Shown here: positions 1 through 10,417 of the stretch, in pieces
Position numbering within the stretch: the first letter of the stretch is position 1
How the letters are laid out: the number at the start of each line of letters is the position of its first letter
Source: a bacterium
Lineage (GTDB): Bacteria; Patescibacteriota; Minisyncoccia; Phycocordibacterales; UBA2100
Reading direction: 5' to 3'
DNA length: 64,000 bases
Assembly: GCA_030647655.1 (NCBI GenBank)
Contig: JAUSJH010000006.1
Coordinates: 3,737 to 67,736, forward strand
Notes under the pieces: generated by a model
The model's input: only the letters and a program-made list of their open reading frames with translations
Databases searched by the model: none
What the model was told of the DNA's origin: nothing
Program-made: the position numbers and the translations under genes

Positions 1-1235
1 TCACCCCATGAGAGTCGGTAGCCCGTGCAGGCCGAGGGGACATCGAACGATACAGAGAATGAAAGCGAGTCCGCGCCTGAAGGTGAGACGATTGGCGGGC
101 TGTATTGATACGCGGCTGGCGGAGGAGGAGGCGGAGGTGGCGCCGCCGCCCCGACGATGATGGTCTCCGTCCCTACGGTGGGCCTTCCCACGCCTGCGCC
201 ACCCTGATAGAGCGTCGCCCTGTATCCGCCCGATTGTGTGTATGAGTGTGTGACACTGTAATTGAGCCAGCCGCCGACGGTTGCCGGAAGATTGACAGAT
301 GCCATCGTGCCATCTCCGAAATCCAAGGTCGACGCACATCCACCTTGGCAGAATCCGGCGTCGTTGCTATTCACGGTACCCGAGAATGTGACGCTAAGCG
401 GGGCTGGGCCCGATGTGGGGCTTACGCTAAAAGATTCGCGTGGGAGGTTGGGAGTGAATACCGGAGGTGGGGGCGCTCCCGCACCAGAAACGGTCACGGT
501 CGCGGATGTCTGATGTCTTCCGGCCGAGAGATTTATCTGATACGTGCCGCCGTATTGATAAGTGTGCGGGTACGTTTGGTTGAGTGTCCCGCAATTGCCT
601 GCAGAAACTGGTATCTGCTGCACGGTGGTGTTGTCACCAAAATCGAGCGAGTAGATTGCGCCAGCGCAAGAGCTGACCGTATTCACCGTCGCCGTGACGC
701 TGACGGCAAGCGGTGCATTGCCCGAGATAGGCGTAACGGTGATGAAGCCGCCTACGGCTGGTACGCTAGGACCCGGTACGCCGCCATAATTCCCGGTCGT
801 GCACAAAAGCGCGATTGCGGCGGCAGTGCGCGGACCCACAACTCCATAGCCGGTGGTGGCCGGTGTCCCGGACGAAACGATGTTGTATTTGGCTTGCCAG
901 CGTTGAACTGCCTTTTCTGTGAGCCCTCCGTAGTAGCCGCTCGCAATACCTTCGGGATATATAGATGGGTCGCGTGCAAGAAATTGCTGAAGACGCAAGA
1001 CGTCATCGCCCGAGACACCGTTCTTAAGACTCCTCCCGATAAGCGGGCACGAGCTCGAGTCGTTACCTGTAGGTACGACATTTGTATTGGGATTCCCCCC
1101 AAGTTGAGCCTGAAGCGCCGCGACTTGCGCGAGCAATGCTTGCGCCTGCGCCTGTAATTCGGCCGCCGTCGCGGCATTTGCAGAAAGTGGAAGAATGAGA
1201 AGCGCCAATATCCAAAAACCCAGAGCTCTTTGCAT
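1..1235 (-). CDS. Secreted peptidoglycan-binding domain protein with PKD/Ig-like modules (runs off window start)
   Basis: Not in the ORF track because it has no in-window stop. Manual translation from ATG 1235: MQRALGFWILALLILPLSANAATAAELQAQAQALLAQ...CPLIGRSLKNGVSGDDVLRLQQFLARDPSIYPEG...YYGGLTEKAVQRWQ, i.e. signal peptide, coil and PG-binding motif. Confidence 0.8.
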   Translation of the reverse strand, partial: MQRALGFWILALLILPLSANAATAAELQAQAQALLAQVAALQAQLGGNPNTNVVPTGNDSSSCPLIGRSLKNGVSGDDVLRLQQFLARDPSIYPEGIASGYYGGLTEKAVQRWQAKYNIVSSGTPATTGYGVVGPRTAAAIALLCTTGNYGGVPGPSVPAVGGFITVTPISGNAPLAVSVTATVNTVSSCAGAIYSLDFGDNTTVQQIPVSAGNCGTLNQTYPHTYQYGGTYQINLSAGRHQTSATVTVSGAGAPPPPVFTPNLPRESFSVSPTSGPAPLSVTFSGTVNSNDAGFCQGGCASTLDFGDGTMASVNLPATVGGWLNYSVTHSYTQSGGYRATLYQGGAGVGRPTVGTETIIVGAAAPPPPPPPPAAYQYSPPIVSPSGADSLSFSVSFDVPSACTGYRLSWG

Positions 1236-1333
1236 GCCTACATTGTTGCATGGCTCACAAACCACGCAACTCGCGAATTCACAGCGGGATTCATCTACCT
1301 TGTCCGGAATACTTGAAATAGTTTGAATCAGAA

Positions 1334-2167
1334 TTATGTACCCGTATGGACTTCTATTTTTCTTTCACCTCCCGGCGGACCCATGAGAACGCCAACGCGA
1401 TATTTCTTCTCCTTGGGGCGCACACGGCCGTCGGCAATCGACTCACCCGGATAGTACGGCAACTGTCCAATCGCACGGAAAACATTCTCAAAGATGTCGA
1501 ACCCGAATGTGCGCTCGTTCCAGATGTACAGGTCTAGGTAGTGAATGAGAAGAAGAACCAAAACAACAGCGCTCGAAATCGCGAGGGTGACGATATCGAA
1601 GAACAGGGTGCCGGTACGAAGCCCATACAACGAAAGTATGAAGAGCGCCGCGAGTATAAGTAGTATCGCCCACTGGAATCGAGAAAGTGTCCGAGCCCCA
1701 AGAACGGTAAGCTGCTGGCGGGCGATACTGATGTCGTGCATTATCCCCCGGATGATCTGATAGACCGGTAAAAGCTCGGGCTTTACCGGAAACGACCGCA
1801 CCGTCTCAACTATCGCCTGATACTCGGACGCTGTTGCTTCTGCATATTCGATAATCTCGAAGTCGAAATTCCGCCGCAGGTAGACATCAACGAGTCCGGA
1901 AAGTTTCTCGGCCAATGGTCTATCATAGGTAAGGACATTATCGTAGAGATTAATCCATCCGGCTGTTTCTGCTGAGAGAATATTTTTTACGCTGTTGTAG
2001 TCAGTCGTCGTTACGACAATGTAAAAGCCCGCGATAATGCCAAATAGAAATGCAATGACGGTCAGTACCGTGTTGCCAAGATCGGAAGAGATGAACGGAT
2101 GCGGGACAACAAAAAGCAGGAGGACGAACGCCGCAAAAGAAACCCAAAATATCCGCTGTGTCCTCAT
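1334..2167 (-). CDS. Four-TM membrane protein, DUF4239/bestrophin-like
   Basis: Two pairs of hydrophobic helices around a soluble helical region. Start placed at ATG 2167, downstream of a TATAGT box. Confidence 0.55.
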   Translation of the reverse strand: MRTQRIFWVSFAAFVLLLFVVPHPFISSDLGNTVLTVIAFLFGIIAGFYIVVTTTDYNSVKNILSAETAGWINLYDNVLTYDRPLAEKLSGLVDVYLRRNFDFEIIEYAEATASEYQAIVETVRSFPVKPELLPVYQIIRGIMHDISIARQQLTVLGARTLSRFQWAILLILAALFILSLYGLRTGTLFFDIVTLAISSAVVLVLLLIHYLDLYIWNERTFGFDIFENVFRAIGQLPYYPGESIADGRVRPKEKKYRVGVLMGPPGGERKIEVHTGT

Positions 2168-2190
2168 GCATCTTTCACTATACATCAAAG

Positions 2191-2264
2191 TCCGCCCGCT
2201 TGGACTCGAACCAAGAACCCCAGAGGTATAAGCTCTGTGCTCTAACCAATTGAGCTACGGGCGG
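2191..2264 (-). tRNA. tRNA-Ile with UAU anticodon (CCA not encoded)
   Basis: Cloverleaf: acceptor CCGCCCG/CGGGCGG, D arm GCTC/GAGC, anticodon stem CAGAG/CTCTG with loop CTTATAC, T loop TTCGAGT, discriminator A. Confidence 0.93.
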
Positions 2265-2283
2265 TACAGGAACGATTATAATG

Positions 2284-3417
2284 CTAACGAATGACTTTCG
2301 CGACTGCCTTGGCAACGCGCTTGTCGAACATGTCGGGAACTATCCTCTCTGCAGTCGGCTTTTTCACGAGATTGGCAATCGCGCGCGCGGCTTTGATTTT
2401 CATCTCATCGGTAATTTTAGTTACGCGGTGGTCTAAGGCGCCGCGGAAAATGCCGGGAAAAGCGAGTGAGTTATTTATCTGATTCGGAAAATCAGAGCGC
2501 CCCGTGCCAACGATGAGTGCACCTCCCCTCTTTGCTTCGGGCGGCATTATTTCGGGCGTCGGATTCGCCATCGCAAATACGATAGCTTTCTTTGCCATGA
2601 GTTTAATATCCGCGGCTTTTACAAGATTCGGGCCCGATACTCCGAGCAGTACATCCGCATTTTTCAGAGCATCCTGCAATCCGCCTTTGACGCCCTTGGT
2701 ATTGAAAATCGCAAGTAGCCGCTTGTGCGGCTCGGGGCGGGCGCGATTAACGATACCTTTGCTGTCGAGCACGATGATGTTTTTTGCTCCCGCCACGTGC
2801 AGAAGCTTTGCCGTTGCAGTCCCCGCGGCTCCCGCGCCAAGTACTACAAATCGCGCGGTTGATATCTTTTTACCAACGATCTTGAGCGCGTTTATCATGC
2901 CGGCGAGTACGACCACCGCGGTGCCGGGCTGGTCATCATGCATGACGGGAATATCAAGTGCCTCGGCGACGCGACGTTCTATCTCGAAACATTTGGGCGA
3001 CGCGATGTCTTCGAGATTTATCCCACCGAACGCGGGTGCCACCCGTATGACCGTGTCAACAATTTCATCGGCATCTTGCGTGTCGAGTACGAGCGGTATC
3101 GCATCAACTCCGGCAAAGGTCTTGAAAAGTGCGCACTTTCCTTCCATCACAGGCAATGCTCCGAGTGCGCCGATGTTGCCAAGGCCCAAGACCGCCGAAC
3201 CGTCGGAGATGACGGCGACCATGCGGCCTTTCATCGTATATTCTCGGGCCTCTTTGGGATGCTTCGCCACATAAGTCGATACCGCCGCCACTCCGGGCGT
3301 GTAGACGAGCGCGAGGTCGGCGCGATTGCGCACCGGCGCAGCCGGCATGATGCGGATTTTCCCCCCGAGCTTTTTGTGTAGTGCGAGAGCTTGCTTTGCG
3401 ACGTCCTTTTTTGCCAT
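2284..3417 (-). CDS. NAD(P)-dependent malic enzyme
   Basis: Motifs YTPGVA, DGSAVLGLGNIG, PVMEGK, NLEDI, GAGAAG, ANPTPEI, TGRSDFPNQINN. ATG at 3417. Confidence 0.95.
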   Translation of the reverse strand: MAKKDVAKQALALHKKLGGKIRIMPAAPVRNRADLALVYTPGVAAVSTYVAKHPKEAREYTMKGRMVAVISDGSAVLGLGNIGALGALPVMEGKCALFKTFAGVDAIPLVLDTQDADEIVDTVIRVAPAFGGINLEDIASPKCFEIERRVAEALDIPVMHDDQPGTAVVVLAGMINALKIVGKKISTARFVVLGAGAAGTATAKLLHVAGAKNIIVLDSKGIVNRARPEPHKRLLAIFNTKGVKGGLQDALKNADVLLGVSGPNLVKAADIKLMAKKAIVFAMANPTPEIMPPEAKRGGALIVGTGRSDFPNQINNSLAFPGIFRGALDHRVTKITDEMKIKAARAIANLVKKPTAERIVPDMFDKRVAKAVAKVIR

Positions 3418-3440
3418 TCCCGCCAGTGTATACTTCTCGC

Positions 3441-4544
3441 ATGAGTGACACAATCACGATTAAAAAACCCTTTGATTCACACGTGCACCTGCGGCGCGGA
3501 GCGATGTTGCGGGCGGTCACGCCCATCACCGCTGAGAAATTTTATAGCGCAATCGTCATGCCTAATACCGAGCCGCCTATTGAGACGGTGGAGCAAGCAG
3601 TTGAATACAAAAAAGAAATTCTTGCCGCGCTAAAAAACCATCAAGGCGTCGCCTTGATGGTTTCCGCGTTCGAGCCGTTGATGACGTTGTATCTCACAAA
3701 GAAATTGACGCCTGCAGAAATTGAGAAAGGTGTGAGTAATGATGTTTGCAAGATATACGGAGTGAAGTCATACCCGTATGGTGCGACGACAAATTCGCAA
3801 TGGGGATTTCGAAGTATTTTGGAAGCAAAAGACGTACTCAAAAAGATGGAAGAGGTCGGCATGCCGCTTTTGCTCCACGGTGAAGTGCATCTGAATGAAA
3901 ACAACGAGGAAGAAGACCCCTATGACGGCGAGAAGTTATTTATTGCCGATGTACTCCCGCGACTTTTGGAAACATATCCCAAACTCAAAGTCTCGCTCGA
4001 ACACATGTCGACCTCTCAAGCAGTGGATTTCATGGAAAAGAATGGCAAAGACGGCCAGCTCGTCGCGACGGTGACGCCCACGCATCTCATGTATGACCGC
4101 CGGCAAGCATTTTCCGGCGGCTATCGCCCCCTCCTTCATATGAAGCCGCTTATCAAACGCCGCGAGCACAAAGAACGCGTGCGGGAGCTCGTGAAAAAAG
4201 GCCTGCCGTTCATTTCCGCTGGCACCGACAGTGCGCCGCATCCAGAATCGAAGAAGTTTTCCTCATGTTGCGTCTTCGGCGTCTTCAATTCCCCCGTCGC
4301 TGTCGAGCTCTACACGCAGGTTTTTGATGAGCTCGGGTGCCTCGACAAACTCGAGAATTTTATGTCCATGAACGGCCCGCGATTCTACGGCCTAGAGCCG
4401 AGCAGTGAAACAATAACCCTCGCCAAGAAAGATTGGCAGACGAGCGAGCCCGTCGTAACCGAAGAGGATGTGAAGGTATGGCCTATTTGTAATACGCAGC
4501 ACGGCCTCGGAAATGAGACGGTTCACTGGCAAGTGCAGGCGTAA
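3441..4544 (+). CDS. pyrC: Dihydroorotase (homodimeric, E. coli-type)
   Basis: Motifs DSHVHLR, VMPN, KSYPYGATTNS, LLLHGE, LEH, GTDSAPH. Confidence 0.9.
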   Translation: MSDTITIKKPFDSHVHLRRGAMLRAVTPITAEKFYSAIVMPNTEPPIETVEQAVEYKKEILAALKNHQGVALMVSAFEPLMTLYLTKKLTPAEIEKGVSNDVCKIYGVKSYPYGATTNSQWGFRSILEAKDVLKKMEEVGMPLLLHGEVHLNENNEEEDPYDGEKLFIADVLPRLLETYPKLKVSLEHMSTSQAVDFMEKNGKDGQLVATVTPTHLMYDRRQAFSGGYRPLLHMKPLIKRREHKERVRELVKKGLPFISAGTDSAPHPESKKFSSCCVFGVFNSPVAVELYTQVFDELGCLDKLENFMSMNGPRFYGLEPSSETITLAKKDWQTSEPVVTEEDVKVWPICNTQHGLGNETVHWQVQA

Positions 4545-5540
4545 TCAGGCGCGCAATTTTCTTGCAGAATCAATCTGCTGTCTCATGTGTTCTTCCGCCC
4601 GGGCGGCGGCTGCCGAGATCTTTCCGGAATCGATAGTCAGCGTTCCAACTACTTTATCGGCTCGCAGAAAAAGGTGTGGCTTGCCGCACTTTTCTAGAAG
4701 TTCATCACGCTCTTTCAGATTTTTATCACGTGAGAGCCACGCACTGCGCAATGGTCCCGGAAGTCTTCGGGAGAGAAGAGTGTCTCCGAGACGGGTCAAA
4801 CGATCTTGCGGGGTGTTTTTCGGAGAGTTGGTCAGGATCAAAATGTGAGTCGGGTCGTATCGCTTCAGAATATCTTGCAGAGCATCACGTGCCGCAGGTG
4901 AACCATCTGAATATCGCATCCCATCAATTTCGACAGGTATGGTGTACAGCGACGGAACTGCCGACGAAGCTTGTATTTTACGGATGATGTCACCTTCTTT
5001 ACCATTCAAGAGCGCGCTTTTCCCCGTCTCATACTTGACAGCGATAATGAGAAAATCAGGCCTACTATGTTTGATGTTCTCTACATTAAGCCGTTTGTTG
5101 CCTACCTCCCCTCTATAGAGCTGGCTTATAAACTCGACATCCATTCCGTATCCATCCGGAATTCGCTTCAGGCGTATGAAATCGGATGTCGTACATTCTT
5201 CTGAATATATGGTCGTTCCGAGGCGTGGGTCGCCCGAGAGTAACCACGCGCCCAAATGTGCGCCGGTAGAGTTACCGGCAATTACTTTAAATCCATTAGT
5301 CAGTCCGGCCTCGTGGATGGCCGTTATTTCACCTCCCCCGTACACGCCACTATTGCCTCCCGGGTCTATTAAAAGGGCGACGCGAATATTCGGATCTTCT
5401 CTGCCTTCGCGGACGTTTTGCGCCTGCTGTATTACCGCAGAGATAACGTCCGGATCACCCTCTGCTTCTATCCGACCGTCACGTTCTGGATCGTATGCTG
5501 TGTCCAGTCGGCTCCTCGGACGCAAGGAAAACCTATCCAT
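4545..5540 (-). CDS. Patatin-like phospholipase
   Basis: Gly-rich oxyanion loop PGGNSGVYGGG, nucleophile elbow GNSTG, ASSAVP and DG motif. Confidence 0.75.
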   Translation of the reverse strand: MDRFSLRPRSRLDTAYDPERDGRIEAEGDPDVISAVIQQAQNVREGREDPNIRVALLIDPGGNSGVYGGGEITAIHEAGLTNGFKVIAGNSTGAHLGAWLLSGDPRLGTTIYSEECTTSDFIRLKRIPDGYGMDVEFISQLYRGEVGNKRLNVENIKHSRPDFLIIAVKYETGKSALLNGKEGDIIRKIQASSAVPSLYTIPVEIDGMRYSDGSPAARDALQDILKRYDPTHILILTNSPKNTPQDRLTRLGDTLLSRRLPGPLRSAWLSRDKNLKERDELLEKCGKPHLFLRADKVVGTLTIDSGKISAAAARAEEHMRQQIDSARKLRA

Positions 5541-5554
5541 GCACAAATGATACC

Positions 5555-7489
5555 CTACGCCAACGGTTGGTGTTCGATGTCCTCCTTCTTCTTCGGAGTG
5601 ATGCCGTTCGCGATGAGGATGTTCTCGAATTCCTGACGTTCGAGAGTTTCTACTTCTACGAGTTTTTGCGCGATTGCATTGAGCGCCTTACGGTGTTTTT
5701 TCATGATGGACTCGGCTTTTTTGTGCGCACCTTCGATGATGTGCTTTACCTCTGCATCTATCTGCCCCGCCACCGCTTCTGATTGCTCACTTCCCTCTAC
5801 GCCAGCCCCAAAGAGCGTGCGCCCCATCGCGGCATCAAATGCGATGGGTCCCAATTTTTCCGACATGCCGTAGCGAGCCACCATATCGCGTGCGAGCGCG
5901 GAGAGAACTTGCAGGTCGTTCGAAGCCCCCGTCGTGATGTCACCAAAGACCATCCGCTCGGCCACGTAGCCGCCCAAGGATACCGCGATGTCGTCGAGAA
6001 ATTCTTTGCGCGATTGCATTCTCTTGTCTTCAAACGGTAGCTTCAGCGTGTAGCCCGCCGCGCGACCGCGCGAGATGATGGAAATTTTGTGCACAGGGTC
6101 GGCATACGGTAGGACGGATGCGACAAGCGCGTGCCCTGCTTCGTGGTACGCAGTAATCTCTTTTTCTTTCTTGTTCAAGACGTGGCTCCGACGCTCCGGC
6201 CCGAGCATTACTTTTTCTATCGAGCGAATGAGGTCGTATTGCGTGAGCTCTTTCCTATTTTCGCGCGCTGCTAGTATCGCGCCTTCATTCATAAGGCTCG
6301 CGAGATCGGCACCGGAGAATCCCGGCGTGCGCTCCGCGATGACGACGAGATTCACGTCTGCGCCGAGCGGCTTCTTACGTGCATGTACTTTCAGAATTTC
6401 TTCGCGATCCTTGCGGTCGGGTAAATCTATCGTGACGCGCCGGTCAAATCGGCCGGGGCGCAGAAGGGCGGGGTCGAGCACGTCCGGCCTGTTGGAAGCC
6501 GCCATCACAATGACTTTTTCATTGGGCTCGAAGCCGTCCATTTCGACGAGTATCTGATTCAATGTCTGCTCGCGCTCGTCGTTGCCGCCGCCCACTCCGG
6601 TGCCGCGCACGCGCCCTACCGCGTCAATCTCGTCGATAAAGACGATTGCGGGCGCGGCTTTTTTGGCCGTCTGGAAGAGGTCACGCACGCGCGAAGCGCC
6701 TACCCCGACGAACATCTCGACGAATTCCGAGCCTGAAATGGAGAAGAACGGCACGCCTGCCTCTCCAGCAACCGCGCGTGCAAGCAGGGTCTTCCCCGTC
6801 CCCGGTGCTCCCATCAACAAGACGCCTTTGGGAATGCGCGCGCCTATCTGGATAAACTTCTTTGGATTCTTCAGGAAGTCCACAATTTCCAAGAGCTCGG
6901 ATTTCGCCTCTTTCGCGCCCGCAACGTCTTTAAACGTCACTTTCTGCACTTCATCTTCCGGATTCACGAGTCGTGCCATTGATTTGCCGAACGAGAATGC
7001 CTGCATCCCGCCGCCGCGCATCTGCCGCGAGAGGTACCAAATGACGCCAATAAGAAACATGATGGGCACCAGTATCGGAAGGAGGGTGAGCGCCCAAAAT
7101 CGTAAGCCGCCTTCGTCCTTAATCTCTATCGCCACCCCCGCCAATTTCTCCGGAGCGATCCCATAATCAGAAAGCGTCTGCACGAGCGAGCTCTCGCTTT
7201 CTTTGCGTGATGTTTTGGTAGTTTTGTCCGCATACGTTGCGGTGATGGAATCGCCAGAGACATCGAGCGACGTTATCGTGCCCGCGGTGATGTCTTGCGC
7301 TATCTGCGAGAGGGGTACAGTCTCGTCCTGTGTGGAGATGTATTGACGTATAAAAGAGTATCCAAACGAGAGCACGAGGAAGACGCCGAACGCCGCCGCG
7401 AGCTGAACCCAAATCGAAGGGCCGCCGGAGGGCTTCGGCTTCTCGCCTACCCGTGGCTTACGCGGGAGCTGTTTTTCAGGAATTGCCAT
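5555..7489 (-). CDS. ftsH: ATP-dependent zinc metalloprotease FtsH
   Basis: Two TMs, Walker [34 protein letters not shown]. Confidence 0.99.
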   Translation of the reverse strand: MAIPEKQLPRKPRVGEKPKPSGGPSIWVQLAAAFGVFLVLSFGYSFIRQYISTQDETVPLSQIAQDITAGTITSLDVSGDSITATYADKTTKTSRKESESSLVQTLSDYGIAPEKLAGVAIEIKDEGGLRFWALTLLPILVPIMFLIGVIWYLSRQMRGGGMQAFSFGKSMARLVNPEDEVQKVTFKDVAGAKEAKSELLEIVDFLKNPKKFIQIGARIPKGVLLMGAPGTGKTLLARAVAGEAGVPFFSISGSEFVEMFVGVGASRVRDLFQTAKKAAPAIVFIDEIDAVGRVRGTGVGGGNDEREQTLNQILVEMDGFEPNEKVIVMAASNRPDVLDPALLRPGRFDRRVTIDLPDRKDREEILKVHARKKPLGADVNLVVIAERTPGFSGADLASLMNEGAILAARENRKELTQYDLIRSIEKVMLGPERRSHVLNKKEKEITAYHEAGHALVASVLPYADPVHKISIISRGRAAGYTLKLPFEDKRMQSRKEFLDDIAVSLGGYVAERMVFGDITTGASNDLQVLSALARDMVARYGMSEKLGPIAFDAAMGRTLFGAGVEGSEQSEAVAGQIDAEVKHIIEGAHKKAESIMKKHRKALNAIAQKLVEVETLERQEFENILIANGITPKKKEDIEHQPLA

Positions 7490-7550
7490 ATCGGGGCATT
7501 ATACATACTTGAAGCATGATTGAAAGAAATATCGTTGCTATAGTTCCTGC

Positions 7551-8396
7551 ATGAGTGACACCCACGCGCGAGGCAAGACCGCTATCGTCTTGATCGGGGG
7601 TGGCATGCGAAGTGCCTACAGCGCAGGTTTTCTTTATGCACTTGCGACGAAGCTCGGTATACAACATCCCGACATCATGATTGCGGCCTCTGGAAGCGCC
7701 GGCAGTGCGTTCTATTTCGCAGCCGGACAGTACGAATCGGGCAAACATATTTGGACGGAGCTTCTCTCAACGCCGCTCTTCCTTTCACATCCTCGAGTCT
7801 GGCGCGTTATGCAGATCGACTATCTCATCGACACGGTCTTCAAGAAACAAGACCCGCTCGATTTTAGCGCCTTCAGGCGTTCGCAAACCGAAATGATCGT
7901 TGCCGTAACGAACACAAAAACGGGAAACGCTGAATTTCTCGATGCGCGGAAGAGCTCGCAACCGCTTGAATTGTTGCGCGCAACAAAGGCACATCCTGTG
8001 CTTTATCGAAAGACGGTTGAAATCGATGGCGAACGCTACATCGACGGTGCGATGGGAATGACGCCACAGATAATCACCGACGAAGCAGTGCGCCGCGGCG
8101 CGCGCGGGATCTTATGCATCAACGAAATGACATCTCGGCGCACACTTGTCGCGCATACATTAAGGGTAGGAAGGTACGTCGCTCCATCGCATCTACGAAC
8201 GGTGTTGAAGCAGTACCCCCTCGCAACACCTGTGCCCATGGTCCCCCGCGATGTCAAACTCCTCTACATATTTCCTGGAAAACTTCCCGTAAGCAGGTTG
8301 TCGCGTAACAAGAAAGCACTATTCGATACCTTTGAGCGCGGAGCTGCGGACGCCCTTGCGCGAGAGAAGGAACTGCGTAGTCTTTTTAATGTGTGA
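7551..8396 (+). CDS. Patatin-like phospholipase
   Basis: GGGMRS loop, SGSAG elbow, YIDG motif. Confidence 0.8.
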   Translation: MSDTHARGKTAIVLIGGGMRSAYSAGFLYALATKLGIQHPDIMIAASGSAGSAFYFAAGQYESGKHIWTELLSTPLFLSHPRVWRVMQIDYLIDTVFKKQDPLDFSAFRRSQTEMIVAVTNTKTGNAEFLDARKSSQPLELLRATKAHPVLYRKTVEIDGERYIDGAMGMTPQIITDEAVRRGARGILCINEMTSRRTLVAHTLRVGRYVAPSHLRTVLKQYPLATPVPMVPRDVKLLYIFPGKLPVSRLSRNKKALFDTFERGAADALAREKELRSLFNV

Positions 8397-8516
8397 GCCT
8401 TGTCGAAAATAAGAAGGTCGGGTATGTGAAAAAAAGGCCGTAACGTTGGCGTGAGGGCTGGAGTCTGGAATAGGGCTTCGAATGAAAGAACCCGGGGTCG
8501 GTGTATAGTTGTCCGC

Positions 8517-9629
8517 ATGACACGGCTGGAGAAGAGGGCGCGCGAGATCCTAACTATTGCAGACATCACCATCAACGGTAAAGCGCCCTACGATATTCAA
8601 ATCCACGACGACGCTGTTTATCGCCGAGCTTTCGGGCAGGGCTCTGTTGGCTTGGGTGAGGCGTATATGGACGGGCAATGGGACGCGGAAGACCTCTCGG
8701 CCTTTTTCGCCCGCGTGTCACGCGCGCGACTCGACAAGAAACTCTTTAACCTCCCTACGTTGTTACATGTTATTCGCGCACGCCTCACCAATCTGCAAAG
8801 CAAATTACGCGCCTTTGAGGTCGGAGAACGGCACTACGATCTCGGCAACGACCTCTACGAAGCGATGCTTGGGAGGACGCTCGCCTACACCTGTGGATAT
8901 TGGAAAGATGCAAAAGACTTGGACGAGGCCCAGAACGCCAAACTCGACCTCATTTGCCGCAAAATCGGCCTGAAGCCCAGTCAGACTGTGCTTGATATCG
9001 GCTGTGGGTGGGGCTCCTTCCTCAAATTTGCCGCGGAGAACTATGGCATCAATGGTGTCGGTACCACCATTTCCAAAGAGCAGGCTGCGTTAGCTCGCGA
9101 ACGCTGTAAGGGTCTTCCTATAGAAATTCGGGTCGAGGATTATCGCGATACGCAGGGACAGTTCGACCACATAGTTTCTATCGGTATGTTCGAGCATGTG
9201 GGGCCGCATAACTACCGGGCCTATATGCAAAAGGTGCGAGAGTTGCTTAAGGACGATGGGCTATTTTTACTTCATACTATCGGTGCACATAACACCGTCT
9301 ACACATCCGACCGGTGGATAACAAAATACATCTTTCCGAACGGGACATTGCCTTCTGTAGCGCAAATCGGTGAGGCTATAAACCAGGTCTTTATTATGGA
9401 GGACTGGCACAACTTCGGGCTCGATTACGACAAGACGCTCATGGCGTGGTTTGAGAACTTTGACCGTGCGTGGCCGCAGCTCGAAGCAAAATACGGTAAA
9501 CGGTTTTATAGGATGTGGAAGTATTATCTGCTCTCCTGCGCAGGTATGTTCCGTTCACGATATACCCAACTCTGGCAGATAGTGCTCTCAAAAAAGGGAG
9601 TCGAGGGCGGCTACACTTCGGTACGGTAA
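8517..9629 (+). CDS. cfa: Cyclopropane-fatty-acyl-phospholipid synthase
   Basis: Motifs HYDLGND, YTCGYW, LDIGCGWG, SIGMFEHVG, KYIFPNG, RMWKYYL. ATG at 8517. Confidence 0.96.
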   Translation: MTRLEKRAREILTIADITINGKAPYDIQIHDDAVYRRAFGQGSVGLGEAYMDGQWDAEDLSAFFARVSRARLDKKLFNLPTLLHVIRARLTNLQSKLRAFEVGERHYDLGNDLYEAMLGRTLAYTCGYWKDAKDLDEAQNAKLDLICRKIGLKPSQTVLDIGCGWGSFLKFAAENYGINGVGTTISKEQAALARERCKGLPIEIRVEDYRDTQGQFDHIVSIGMFEHVGPHNYRAYMQKVRELLKDDGLFLLHTIGAHNTVYTSDRWITKYIFPNGTLPSVAQIGEAINQVFIMEDWHNFGLDYDKTLMAWFENFDRAWPQLEAKYGKRFYRMWKYYLLSCAGMFRSRYTQLWQIVLSKKGVEGGYTSVR

Positions 9630-9666
9630 GCAAGGCGACCAATGTGCAAACTGGTATAGTGTTCGC

Positions 9667-10110
9667 ATGACCATCGTCGAGAATAAGCGCGTCGGATTCG
9701 ACTACACCATCCTTGAGACCATTGAGGCGGGTTTGGAATTGCTCGGATATGAAGTGAAGTCACTCCGAGCAGGACACGGCTCACTCAAGGGCTCACGCGT
9801 GGTCGCGCGCGGAGGCGAGGCGTATCTTGTGGGCGCGAGCATCCCCGCATGGCAGATATTGAATGCGCCCAAGAGCTACGACCCAGAGCGAACGCGCAGG
9901 CTTCTCCTCTCGCGCAAGCAAATCGCCCACGTTGCCTCTGCCGAAGGTGAAAAAGGGTTGACAATAGTGCCTCTCAGGGTGTACAATAAGGGCCGGAAAT
10001 TGAAGCTTGCTATCGCGATTGTCCGCGGAAAGAAAAAAGAGGACAAACGCCATAGTATCCGTGCGCGCGAGGAGAAACGCCGCATCGAACGCACTTTGAA
10101 AACTAAATAA
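9667..10110 (+). CDS. smpB: SsrA-binding protein
   Basis: Motifs EAGLELLGYEVKSLR, RTRRLLL, GLTIVP, RGKK..DKR. Confidence 0.98.
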   Translation: MTIVENKRVGFDYTILETIEAGLELLGYEVKSLRAGHGSLKGSRVVARGGEAYLVGASIPAWQILNAPKSYDPERTRRLLLSRKQIAHVASAEGEKGLTIVPLRVYNKGRKLKLAIAIVRGKKKEDKRHSIRAREEKRRIERTLKTK

Positions 10111-10138
10111 CATCTGTGGTCAGTCAATCGCCTAAAAC

Positions 10139-10417
10139 ATGGTTTACGCGGTGTACATTCTTTACAGTCAAAAAGATAAGCGGCTGTATGTAGGGTGTAC
10201 GTCAAACTTGAAAGAACGTCTACGTAGACATCAAGCTGGACAAGTGCAGGCAACAAAACTGAGAAGGCCGCTTGTCTTAATCCGCGAAGAGAGTTCCGAG
10301 AATAAAACAGACGCTTTCAAACGGGAGCGATTCCTCAAATCTCTCTGGGGCTCTCGCGAGAAAAAGAAAATCTTAAAACGGTATTTGGATGGGCTAAACC
10401 CTAGAGCAAATCTTTGA
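10139..10417 (+). CDS. Small stand-alone GIY-YIG nuclease
   Basis: YAVYILYS...LYVGCTSNLKERLRRH...A.KRERFLKS. Confidence 0.92.
   Translation: MVYAVYILYSQKDKRLYVGCTSNLKERLRRHQAGQVQATKLRRPLVLIREESSENKTDAFKRERFLKSLWGSREKKKILKRYLDGLNPRANL

Noticed and set aside
246-1157. 303-aa plus-strand ORF (and overlapping ORFs 1..339 and 752..1177)
   Set aside because: Shadow or off-frame ORFs of the real minus-strand PG-binding gene starting at 1235.
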